Origin: Lytechinus pictus
Taxonomy: Eukaryota
NCBI RefSeq assembly: GCF_037042905.1
Contig: NC_087252.1
Location: 11,038,001-11,102,000, forward strand
Direction of reading: 5' to 3'
Length of the DNA: 64,000 nt
Below the pieces are notes generated by a model that did no database searches, was not told the origin of the DNA, and saw nothing but the letters and a program-made list of their open reading frames with translations. Below, piece by piece: positions 11,396-24,000 of the stretch. Made by a program: the position numbers and the translations under genes. Each line of letters begins with the position of its first letter. Positions within the stretch are counted from its first letter, which is position 1.

Positions 11396-13041
11396 TTAGT
11401 CTATCCTATTCCTGTCTCCATCCCTCTTTTTTCCTCCCTTTATACACTCTTACAATATACCCTGAGAAGGAACTCTAACATTAATTGCTTTAGATTAAAG
11501 CAAGAAAATTTGGGAAACATAAATGAAGGTTTTGCTAAAATCCATTTAAAAATAAATTAATTTCATTTTAAGTTCTTATATGGAAGCAGCTCCCTTTCAT
11601 ATGCAATATAAACTCAATAAATAGCCTTTTCCTGAAAAACAATGACTTTACCAATGCATTCAATAAATTGTAAAACATGTCATTTATTCTTGTTTCTGTT
11701 CAAAGTAAATTGAATATTTATAAACAAAATGGCACTTTAAGAATTGTATACTACACGATATAGATAAGGAAAGCAGCTTCCATGTGACATCACAAAAATC
11801 AAATTTTAAATAACCAAACTGATATTTAGACAAAAAACTTCATCTTAAATATTTTTTCATATTTCTCTTCTTTTAAGACTATCACATAACAAGAGACAAA
11901 GACATGAAGAACAGAATTACAAATACACCAGAAAAATTCAATAGAAAAAGCATTTGCAATATTATTTACAGCTCTTCTTGCACAAAGTATGAAACTATTG
12001 ATTATGAAACAATGTATAAAGCATATCACTCCTGGATCATGTTTCACAAATATTTAAGTGCGACTTCAAAGTCTTGCTAAATCACCAATGCGCACATCGT
12101 ACATAACATTATTGACACATATGCTGTAGCACCCATCCACTGAGCCGATGCATTACATACCAAACTCAAATGGAAATTTAACTGCATTTTTAGTCACACT
12201 TAAATCTTTGTAATAGCACTCCCTGACTGATATAGGCCCTATGCACTACTTGGACTTCAAGTTTAAAACAGAGGGATAAAAATTTCCTTGTGAATTATGC
12301 ATCAGACCATGAAAATAGGAGGATGGTCAAGGATATGTATTTTCACCAATGCATTGGTTATACTGACTTATTATTTCTACATTAGTGTACAAAATACAAA
12401 TGGGCTATTCCACGGTTACTCACGTTACATTTGGAGACACCTTGACTCATACTTGGAGCTGTAACTCCATTATTATTGATAGGAACTAAACATCTTTTTA
12501 TCACAACATAGTACGCAGTCTGACTATCCTTTGTATAAAAACAAAACTTGGGAAATTTCATTATGCTCCTGGCAAATCTTTGAAATGTGTCGGTTACTCA
12601 TGTTACATGATTTGGACATGCATAAAATGAAAAGTGGACATAAGTGAAAAGTGTCCTCATGCAAGGCTTTTATGAAAGTTGATTATATCCATTTCAAAGA
12701 AGTTTATTAGGGAGACAAATTTGTATATAATTCAAAAAATAAAGAACACATGGTTTTTACTAGGGGTGCAGATAAAGTGGTTACTCACGTTACAGTTCAG
12801 ATGGGCTATATGTACAAAGACACATTGAGCTCATGCCCACCAACCTATGGAATTGCCCAAATTAGGAATAAAATGTGAAGTGCAGCTTTTCCAATTTGAA
12901 GTTTGTTACATCAATATCATACATTAAGAATGTTTGATTTGGTAAAGCCACTTTCATTAGGATTATGTTCTAGAGGCACACATTTAAATTTTAAGTAAAA
13001 AATAATCTTCTTTTGCTCATGAAATTGGCAATAATCATTAA

Positions 13042-13486
13042 AGGGGAAGTTCACCCTGAAGAAAAGTTTGTCGTAAAAGTAGTAGAAAAAATATTGAAAA
13101 TATTGGTGAAGGTTTGAGGAAAATCCATCAAAGATTAAGGAAGTTGCCTCATATGTTATGTAATATGAAATACATAGATTTCACATATTTAATGGTAAGT
13201 GATGACTTATTTTTGTTGTCTTTTTACAAACGGGTGTGAAATGAGTTGTCTATTAACATACTAAAGGAACAGTAAAAACCATCATTTTCTGAGAAAGACA
13301 TTTTATTGATTTTTCGCTCTATGGTATGTAGGAAAGCTGCTCGCATATGACGTCACAAATCAAATAATCAAAATTCTTATAACTTTTGTATTCTTTGATA
13401 GATTTTTCTCAAACCTTCAGCAATACTTTTAATTATTTTTTCTGCTATTTTTACAATATTTTTTTTTGTCAGGGTGAACATCCCCT
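13042..13486. mobile_element. Kolobok-like MITE (TTAA|AGGGGAAGTTCACCCTGA...TCAGGGTGAACATCCCCT|TTAA); a partial copy starts near 6078
   Basis: TIRs and TTAA target duplication seen. Confidence 0.85.
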
Positions 13487-14149
13487 TTAACTTTCCAATC
13501 ATTGTAACACTGAAAAAAAATATGGATATGACAAGAGACAAAATGATAGATAAAATAATCAACTTATGGAAAAATTCTAAATTTTCACTTTAAGACAGTG
13601 ATTTTGTTGTTCAGCTGGTACGCATTTATGTAAACTTTAAACATTCTGATTAGTTTCAATATCATGTTGAGATATACAGTCTTATAAAACATATTATGAA
13701 ACTATACTTTACATGTTCTTACCAAAGTTCGTTTTCAGCCTCTGTAGTATAAATAGGTGCAGAATAATAAAATGATATGGATTTTTCCCAAGAAAATTTC
13801 GTATTCAAATAAACTTCAAAGTGATTATTAAATGATGTGGCACTTGCTCTCCCCACACATAATGAAATAAAAATCTGTCAGTAAACGAATGGATATTAAA
13901 AATATAAGGCCTATTACTATCTTTTTGTTTGATTAAACTGGAAAATAACCTTCAATATTCAAGAAACCCTGTTCCAGTCATTGCGAGGTATGGTGTCTTA
14001 AAATAAACCTCTATAAAAACAGCTACATGTATCAGCAGTATTCAGCCAAAAAGAGCACCTAAAAACATGATAAAAGTCATTTATACAGAGGCACTTCAAC
14101 TTCAAGGTCCAGAATACAATAGCAAATAACCTAAAACGTCTTCTAATTT

Positions 14150-14852
14150 AGGTTTATGGATATGATGTCAAATGACTGAAAAGATCTACAAAGTTAAGTT
14201 CCTCCATTATGAATTCAATGGGAAATAACTTAAAATGTCTTTTATAGTTAAGTTTCTCCATTATGAATACAATGGCAAATAATGTCAATGGTCTACTAAG
14301 TTAAGCTTCTTGATTATGAATACTATGGGAGAAAACTTAAAATGTCTTTAAGTTTATGAATATAATGGTGAATGACTTCAATGGTATACAAAGTTAAGTT
14401 TCTCCAATCTGAATACAATGGCAAATAATTTCAATGGTCTACAAAGTAAGTTTCACCATTATGAATACAATAGCAAACAACTTCAATGTCTACCGAGTTA
14501 AGTTTCTCCATTATGCCTTTGGCAAATAACGTCATATGTCTACTAAGAATAAATTTCTCCATTATGAATACAATGACAAATGACTTCAAATTTATCCATT
14601 ATGAATACCGGTGCGATGGGAAAACAACTGCAATGGGTCTACAAAGTTAAGTAACTCCATTATTAGTATAAAGTAGCAAATGACTCAAGAAGGTCCGAGC
14701 TTAGTTTCTTGATTGTGAATAAAATGGCAAATGGATTCAAATGTAACCATCATGAATACAATGTCAAATAACTGCAGCCAACTTCTATTAAGTTAAGTTT
14801 TTCCATTAAGAATACAATAGCTAACGACTTCAAAGTTCCGTAAAGTTCAGTT
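14150..14852. repeat. Degenerate minisatellite, unit about 50-55 bp (CTACAAAGTTAAGTTTCTCCATTATGAATACAATGGCAAATAACTTCAATGG), roughly a dozen copies
   Basis: Recurrent AAGTTAAGTTTCTCCATTATGAATACAAT motif. Confidence 0.88.
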
Positions 14853-15965
14853 TCTTACAAATACTTTATATTTTTTCTACACTGTCACCATCAACACAAG
14901 AAATCTGAAGTCAGCAAGTGGAATTCATGATATACACACAGTATGCTAAAACACTGATCAAAAGACTGTTTCGTGAACCATCTTGTCGGTGGTTTTCACT
15001 GATAAAATTTGCTCTGAGCCAATCAGATGCAAGGATTTCAGTAGCTTGTAACAAAAATATGGGAAATCAATGACTACATGTACGTGTTTCATGAAATGCT
15101 CCCTACGAATATTTCTCACATTTCCATCAATACATGGTCATTAATTTGCCTTTTATCAACAAAAGATATTTAACTTTCACAATAACAATGCTCATTTATG
15201 TGGCATACACTGTACCATACCCAAAAAAGCAGATATCATTGTTACATTAAAAGAAGCAATGATCCAGCGTATAAGTATACAAAAAAAAGAGAATGAGAAA
15301 ATTAATGACTGGAAGCTGACGTTAATCTCGGAGTTATACCACTGTACCACTCACATGTTTCAAGAATAAGCACAAAAGACAAATGTACACATTGAATACA
15401 AAATTAAATGACAAATACAGGAATACATAAAGCAGAAATTTGTTTGTTTGCAAATATTATGTACACACAATTGCTGGTATAAATATATATATACAAGTAC
15501 CTTAAAAGTTCTATATCAAATTTTAAAAAGCAGCTATCTCACTTCCATTCACAATATAAAAAGAACATTTATAAACATACAATACGTCATTTCATTTTTT
15601 GGTATCGACATCAGGCCTTCAAGATGTTACAAAACTACAGAAATGTGACAACACTGAAACTTATACAGCTTGTCTTCAATTTTATAAAAGTATTGTCCCT
15701 GGCTGAAGAAAAATTGGTGCTTGAATTTGAAATACTTTCTTTCAAGACCATTTGGAGGAAATTACACCACTATATAATGTTCGTCACACCAACAAAATTT
15801 GACTCCAGGCTGATCAAAGCTATTATGTTATTACCAAAGGCACAACATCAGTTGGTTAGGAGTCACCTTCGTTGGTTATGACTATAGCATTAGGCTAATG
15901 ATCATCAAATCACATATGACATCAAGTAGCCCCTAGTGCAATCCAAAAGCTAAATTACAGACTTC

Positions 15966-16425
15966 TGGGGAACATTTCATCAACATTTTCATCTGACAAC
16001 TTTTCTCGATTTTGATTGGCTGAGAAGCACTGTTACTACGGCAACTGCCGGATAAAATGGAACTTGTTGGATAAAACGTCCGACAAGCCTTTTCATGAAA
16101 CGCTCCCCTGAAGTACGTACACCTGGCGAGCTTTTCTCGTAAGGACTTGTCGGTCGTTTTATCCGACAGTTACTATAGTAACAGTGCTTCTCAGCCAATC
16201 ACAATCAAGGAAAGACTTCTGGAGAGCGTTTCATGAAAGGACTTGTCGGACGTTTTATTTGAGTGTCTATGCTTCTATCCGACAATTACTATTGTAACAG
16301 TGCTTCTCAGCCAATCACAATCAAAGAAAGATGTCAGATCCGACAACTTATCAGACAAAAATGTTGATGAAACAGTTCCCAGATCTGACAACTTGTCGGA
16401 CAAAAATTTTGATGAAAAGCTCCCC
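15966..16425. mobile_element. Cluster of 3-4 copies of the CGTTTCATGAAAGGACTTGTCGG MITE family
   Basis: Same family as 9604-9760, both orientations. Confidence 0.78.
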
Positions 16426-18027
16426 TTAATATATCAAATTCCATTATCACCTTTTTTAACTCAAACACTATCTCTCATTTCTTTTTCCTTTATATTTGCA
16501 ACACCCCTTCTCTCTCTCTCTCTTTCATTATCTCTATACATGTACCTATCATTCTTTCCTAATATCTAAAATCAAAGTGGAACAAGTAACATCTTCCTAC
16601 AAAAAAGACCCTGTACACTTTAAAGGATAATTATACAAAATATTGCATTAACTAAAAACTTCAGAACCATGAAAACCAAGGACAAGCAAAATCTGATAAT
16701 TCATATTAGAATATAGTAGTAAGCATGAAGTACTCAACAAACGAGTATATGCATGAGGCCAAAAAATAGTACAAAGCATGATAGGTATTCATAGAATATG
16801 GATTTGGAAAATAGTACTGAAAAAAGAAGATATTTACTACATGTATAAGCTCAAACGAAGAGTTTTGCAGTAAAAACGATGAGTACCATTTTGTTATATT
16901 TCAAAGAAAACAAGATGTCATTATCACTTGAAAGTAAATCTCTATGCTCATTTTACATCACTAATAATTTTTCAAGTAATGATTGAGTTCATAATTCAAC
17001 TGAGGGATTTTCAGCTATAAACACCATGGCAGCTTTAATAGATATAAGGCTTAGCATAAAGGCATGCTTAGAATGTTTGGATTTGCACTCAATCAATAGA
17101 AATGCAAGAATTAGCAAAGCACATAATCAACAAAACAAAAGAGAAGTTAAAATGTTTTTTTTTTTTTTGCGGCAATTTTCGATATAAGTGACTGACACTA
17201 AACCAAGGTTTAGTGTCAATTTTTCAATAAACATCATTGTCTGATAGTTAACTATAGCCCAGAAATTGGTTTGCGCTTTTTGTTCAATTTAGCTTTATGC
17301 TTTTCTTTGTTTGATTTATAGCTCCTTTTTATTCTTTTGTTGTTTTTTTCTTAAGAAGAGTAGGTCAAATCTGTTGACCATGTCTATACATAATTTCTTA
17401 CATGATTTACCAACTCTCATATCAGATCGCAAAGCCTGGCGTACCATTGTTGACTCATTCTCAGATGCGTCCGACTTTTAGAGTTGTGTACGTCTATATC
17501 CGGCACTGGTCTTTGTGGTACCAAACAGCTTTTTGAAACCACTTTGGCGATAAATCTCTTTAAAATCAATGCACAATGTAGAATTGTTAAATTCTTCTCA
17601 TCATAAAGGCTCATCCACTACAAGGGACAACAGCATTCTGATTCATTTTTTTTCAATTTCATTTTATAATTCATTTGAGGAAGAGGAGTAGAAAACATGA
17701 TATATTGAGTATTAGATTATTAAGTGCTTATAAAAATCCCTTGTGACTTGATTCTGGCATTTTGGAATAAAATTTCATATAAAATTACATACCTCTACTT
17801 CATCTGTTGCAAACAAGTATAATTTAGCCAAAATGATGAAACATCATTCTGCAGAAACATTACTGAACAATTGATTGTTTTTAATCAAAAACATTAAATG
17901 AAGAACATTTTTTTATATAAATTGGCATGTTTAGGAATTGGAATATACTTATTTCAACTATGGAAATTGATTACATGGCGAGAATTCCTTTGTCCATTCA
18001 CATGTGGCGGGGTCCCTCTCTAGACTG

Positions 18028-18091
18028 TCAACGGACTTCAAACCGATGCTTCTCCTCTTCCAAACTATCCCAATCTCGCACACTTTCAGTT
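18028..18091 (-). CDS. NCAM: Candidate terminal exon 17 (GTESVRDWDSLEEEKHRFEVR*)
   Basis: Strong CCCTTTTTTTGCAG acceptor, phase 2 matches the exon 16 donor; alternatives exist. Confidence 0.55.
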
Positions 18092-21000
18092 CTGCAAAAA
18101 AAGGGTAAAATGGGAGAAAACATGACAAAAAGTTGTGACAACACAGGACAAAATAAAATGTAAATGTTTCTTTATTCATTCTTCATTTGAAATAGAAATA
18201 AAATATCACAAGTCAACCTCCAGTAAACACGAATATTTACTCAAGATGAATAATTTTTACACCACATTATGCAACCTGGAGGAGGCTACGATATACAGTA
18301 TAATACTGTGCATATGCGACATGGACCTTAAATTGTACTCTAGGAGTTTGTTTGAGGCGCTGATTAACGGAAGGTAGTCAAGCTTTCAAGAACTTATAAA
18401 GATGGAATTTCCTCAAAACTGCAAAATAGGAAATTATAAATGGGAGATGAGAGAATGGTGGAAATATTTTGTTGACGGATGGTCATTTAAAATTTGATTT
18501 AAATTTGGGCTGAGTCGCAATGTTTAAAAACCGTTCAAATTATTAAAGAAAATTCCCTTTTTTCTGGACTCGATCTACCAGCATGAAAGTCTACAAGTGG
18601 GAATACAATACATAGAATATTGCAGTCCCAAATTTGTGCAACCTCCTAATTGATGATAATGTTCTTCTTTTGCTTGTCAGAGGACCACAACTACTTCTGG
18701 GTTTGAATATGATTGAATAGACCAATCTCTGCCAGAAAAAAAAGTCTGGTGAGTGATGTGGACAAGCAAAGTCCGGCAGTGGGGCAGGTATAGTGATCGT
18801 GCATGGTCTGCCTCTTCACCGCCAGAGTTTTTGTTCTTGCTTGCCCACCCGTCTTGATGCTAATTATACATTCAAGCTAAGACAATATTTACTAATAATG
18901 AAAAAGTTCATACCCATATTCATTCTCGCCGAGCTCTATTTCTTGTCTCGTAGAGGGCGGTGTCTTCCCGCAGCACGTCACACAAATGAACATCAGCAAG
19001 CCGCAGTCATTGATACAGTAGCAGCAGACGTCGGTGACGATGATGAAGACAAAGATGAGGACGACGATGACGATGATGATAATGACTGTGGTGTTCTCGT
19101 TGAAGAGACCCCAAAATCCTGCATTCCTTGGTCGTGCTATGATGACAGATGAAAAGACGAATTCGAGTTTTTTTCCTTTCAAGCAACTTTGGAGATCAAA
19201 TCTGCTATGCCAAGGTAGGCAGTTTTTAAATCATGCAGCATGTCAGACAATTGCTCAAATCAAATAACAATAAAAGCTAGGCTTTATATAGCGCTTTTCC
19301 CATATATGGCTCAAAGCGCTTTTCAGCATATTATTACCCTGTCATTGGATTCATTTCCATCCCGCACAAAAGTACACATTTTCCACTCCCTGGGGAGCAT
19401 TCCTTGCAGCCTCATAATGTCGCAGGCAAATTCAAACATACAATAGATTTCACATCATACCAGGTATCCAATTAACACCTGGGTGGAGAGTGGCAAGCGC
19501 AGATCAATGCCTTGCCAAAGGACGCTAGGCCATGGTGGGATTCAAACACACAACCCTCTGATTGAAAGGCAAGTGTCAGAACCACTAGACCATGACACAA
19601 ATTCTGTTTCAAGCCAAATAAGTGGATCAACATTTTTACTCAACTAATTAAAATAAAATAATTTGAAGTATGTTGTTCATGATTGGAGAATTTCCATTAA
19701 AAAACAAACAAATAAAGACATCATAAATTTCAAAATACAAGAAATACATAAGAAAATGTGAAGCAATAAACGTACTTGGAGGAGTTGTCATGAAAAAGAA
19801 TGTTCCAGCTGTCTCGATCACAAAGTAGGATGGATCGCTGAAACCCAGGTTACTCTCCGCAGTCAGCTCGATGAAGTAATATTGTCCTTGGTTTAGAGGA
19901 CTTAGTTGTACTGATGTAGCGTTCCCATCAACGCGGACACTAACTGGTCTTGGTGACAGTTCTTCTACATCCTTATCTCGAGACTGCAAAATGCAAAATA
20001 AGGAATAAAACAAAAATAAGTGAATCGAGTGAAACACCACTTGCAGTCTTGCCTGCATTACGCAATTCAATACACCAGCAGTGCCTTTGAAACCAGCTAA
20101 AACCTAAAATGCGCTGCAAATGTGACCCGCTTCGTTGCAGTAGGATCGCAGACCAAATCTCTTAGATTTGACATGTCAAATCTTTTTGTGATTTTTCTGC
20201 CATTTTGCTAATTTAAGCCAATCAGATTTGTCCTAGACGTCATGGTCAATTTGCTGCACTCCTGCAGCCCAGACAACATAAAGAAGAGGCGCCATGAGAG
20301 CAATGTGTGCCCAGGTGGGTGTTTCATAAAGCTGTTCGTAAGTTAAGAGTGACTTTAAGAACGACTGGTAAACCTTTCTTGTGGTAAATGGTATGTACCT
20401 AAATGTCCATTGATGATGGATTAGCACGTAAGAAAGGTTCACCAGTCGTTCTTTAAGTCGCTCTTAACTTACGAACAGCTTTAGGAAATGGCCCCCTGGG
20501 CTGCGATGGGATTGCACTAAGATGGAAATGGAAACTTGTTGCAATCGGATCTTGGTGCAATCACGTCGCTTAGTGTGCGCTGGGCTTATTAGATAAATGA
20601 TTTTTTAATAAGAAAGAAAAAGACAACATTCTTTTAGGAAGCGCCACCGGCAGTCTCACCTGCATTACGTGATTCAATATAGCAGCAGTACTGACTTTGA
20701 AAATGACGACAGAATAACCATTCACACACAAAAAACATTCATATGATGATAAAATACTATGTTCATTGACCCAAAATGAAGTTTAACCTTGATCATGTGA
20801 CCAAAGACATCTGCGAGACGATCAGTGATACTTGATTACCCTTATGTCCAAATTTTATGAACTACATCCATAAACTTTCAAAGTTATGATGGCAATGCAA
20901 CAAATACCCCCAACACAGTCAAAATTCATTGACCTCAGTCATGTGACCTGAAACTCATGCAGGATGTTCACTGATGCTTGACTACTCTTATGTCCAAGTT

Positions 21001-24000
21001 TCATGAACTAGACCCATATACTTTCAGAGTTATGACATTTTAAAACTTAACCTTGGTTAAAATGTCATTTTGATTCCCAAACATAATCTTAGTTCATTGA
21101 CCCTAAATGACCTCTGACCTTTGTCACGTGACCTGAAACTCACAAAGGATGTTCAGTGATACTTTATGTCCAAGTTTCATGAACCAGATCCATAACTTTC
21201 AAAGTTATGATGGAAATCAAGAAATACCCCCAACATGGCCAAAGTTCATTAACCATAAATGACCTTTGACCTTGGTCACATTACCTCAAACTCTGGCAGG
21301 ATGTTCAGCAATACTTGATAACTATCATGGCCAAGTTTCATGACATAGGCCCATATACTTTCTAAGTTATGATGACATTTCAAAAACCTTTGATTAAGAT
21401 TTGATGTTGACGCTGCCATCGGAAGAGCGGCGCCTACAGTCTCTGCAGGCGAGACAATAAAATTGTAAGTTGACCTCAAATGGACTTTGAGCTTAAATTC
21501 ATCTCATATTCTTTTTTTATGATATCCAATAACCATTTAAGATCTGAAAGAACCTTTGGCCAGGTAACCTTACATGTAGACACATGTAAATATATGAATA
21601 TTGTCATCTTATCTCTGATATCTCCACTAAACACCGACCGGGGGGCCGTTTCATAAAACTGTTTGTAAAAGTTAATAATAATGTTAATGATAATAATGTT
21701 CATTGGTGATTATTTAGCATGAAAGAAAGGATCACAGGACATTCTTAAAGTCACTCTTAACTTAAGAACAGCTTTATGAAACACCCAGAGTATTGGAACA
21801 TGATAATAAAAGAAAAAAGATTTAACATACAAAATATCACTGTTTTCTTACTGACCTGGGAATATTTTACATGATAATAGTTGACCTTTGACCCTCCGTC
21901 ATCATAAGGAGGCCGCCAACGAAGGATGTAGCGATCTCTTCGGTCAGACTCTCTACTGGAAATGATGATGGGAGGATCTGGCACAGCTGAAAAGGAAAAG
22001 AAAAAAAAATTATTATAGATTCAAGATTTATTTCAATATTCCATCCGATAAGATACAAATGCACATTCAAATTCACACATACATGTATACAAGATTTACA
22101 TTTACAAACAATGTAAGTAATACAAACACGAAAAGGGTATTGATTTTACATACAAAGAAAAAAAATCAAATGGAATAGGGTCATTGCAAAAATTGAAAAA
22201 GACTTGAAACATGCGACTGTCATTGTGCTCTGAATATTATTCTTTGTCTACTTTGCTCCTACTGTGTTCCGCCATCAATTAGGCAATGATTTTAAATAAG
22301 CAATTCGTGATTAGATATTCGTAATTAATATTAATATTGCACAAACTGTATGTGCAAAAGATGATAAGTCACTCAAATCCTGGAAAATTGATGTGCAGTC
22401 CTGGTTTACCTTTGGTTATCTTAGTTCCATCTGTTTTATTTGGCAACATGTATGCAAATTTCAAGATAGAGGTAATACTCTGATTGATTACCTGAGTCAT
22501 ATCGTGTAGAGAACTGTTGAGGTTATTTAGTGCGTGCGGATAAAAATAGTAACCCATTTTATGTCTCAAAATTGTCTGCTTCTCAATTTTGCTGCTCCAA
22601 ATCTAAAGCATGTTGATTGAAAAAAAATTCTGATTCAGGGCATCAGCCAACAAATACCAAACCCAAGAAAACCATCCCTTAGTAAGTAATCAGATAGGCC
22701 TTGGTAGTCGCTATTGTCAAAACACCTGTATGTTCTCATTAAGATGCACATAATCGCTAGGTGGCAGATTTCATTCGATCAAGGAAACGATCGCATGGAA
22801 TGTCAATCTCTAATAGGTCCATGCTTAAATCTTAGTGAAATGTGCTCAAGGTAAATTTCCATTTGAGTCTTGACAACATCATATGTAACAAAGTGAAAAT
22901 TAAACAATTTGGGCATTGGATATAGACTATTAAAATGACAACTAAAATACATTGGTATAAGGCAAAGTGAAGTGCAAACCAAATAGCTATTACACTCAAT
23001 TGAAAGGAGACCGAAAGGCCCTTATTCTAAAGTCATGCATGTTTAACTTAAACCACGGTCCAACTCTGTGCTAAGAGATTATGGGTCGCCAAAATTTAAA
23101 AATTCTGTTTATATTGTACATTTCTTATGTTTACTATTTTCATTCCTCTTGTTTTCATAATAAAGGAAAATACTTCAAAATACTTCAGTTATCATTCTCA
23201 AACAATTTGAGTGTCAAATGAGCTAATATATTGGATGTGCAAGGTTAGGGATTCGTGCCCCAATCGGATCTCCATACTTAAACCACAACTTTAAACCAGG
23301 GTTTAATTCAAACCTGACTTCGGAATACGTGACAAAGGGTTTAGCCTGTTCGGTAATAGATTTTCCGAGGAGTACACAAATCGCTTATGGACTAAATGAA
23401 TATAAACCACTTACAGAAAAGATCAGTGCCGCGCGATTCTACGTTCGAGAAATCTCCTGGTCCGAGCTCGTTTCTAGCAGCAACACGGACCTCATACGTC
23501 TGTTGAGCCCGCAGTCCTCGTAAATGGACCACGATAACTGCCATGGAAAAGAGATGCAACGTTACTCAGACAATTGTAACACTATAAAAAGCAACCAAAA
23601 CCCAATGGGACAATTGTTCATATTAGAAAGAGTTTAACCCTAAAATGGCCGGGGGGGGGTTGAATCAACCCCCCCCTCAACATTTTCTGCGATCCTTCCG
23701 CCGCGCGAATTTTTTTGACCGCGCCACTCGCAGAGTTTATACTTTTAAGTCTCGCGCATCTTTTGAGACCAAATTTACGACGCCCGGGTACGCGGTTCCG
23801 AAATTACGCAACATTTTGTACGTGCATGTCATACCAAAAATTGTTCCAAAACGTGATTTTGTGTACAAAGTCAATGCAAATTGAGTTTTCTCATCTTATT
23901 CATAAAGATATGATTATTTTTACTATAAACAGCTGAAAGCAATTGATTTTAGCATAATTATGCTTCAAAAAGGTTGTGCAATAAATCTGGTGAAAAAAAC

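Noticed and set aside
14150..14852. Possible CRISPR-like array
   Set aside because: Contiguous diverged tandem units with no unique spacers, in eukaryotic DNA with no cas genes
18793..19152. Plus-strand 119-aa ORF with an Asp run
   Set aside because: Antisense shadow of the NCAM-like transmembrane exon
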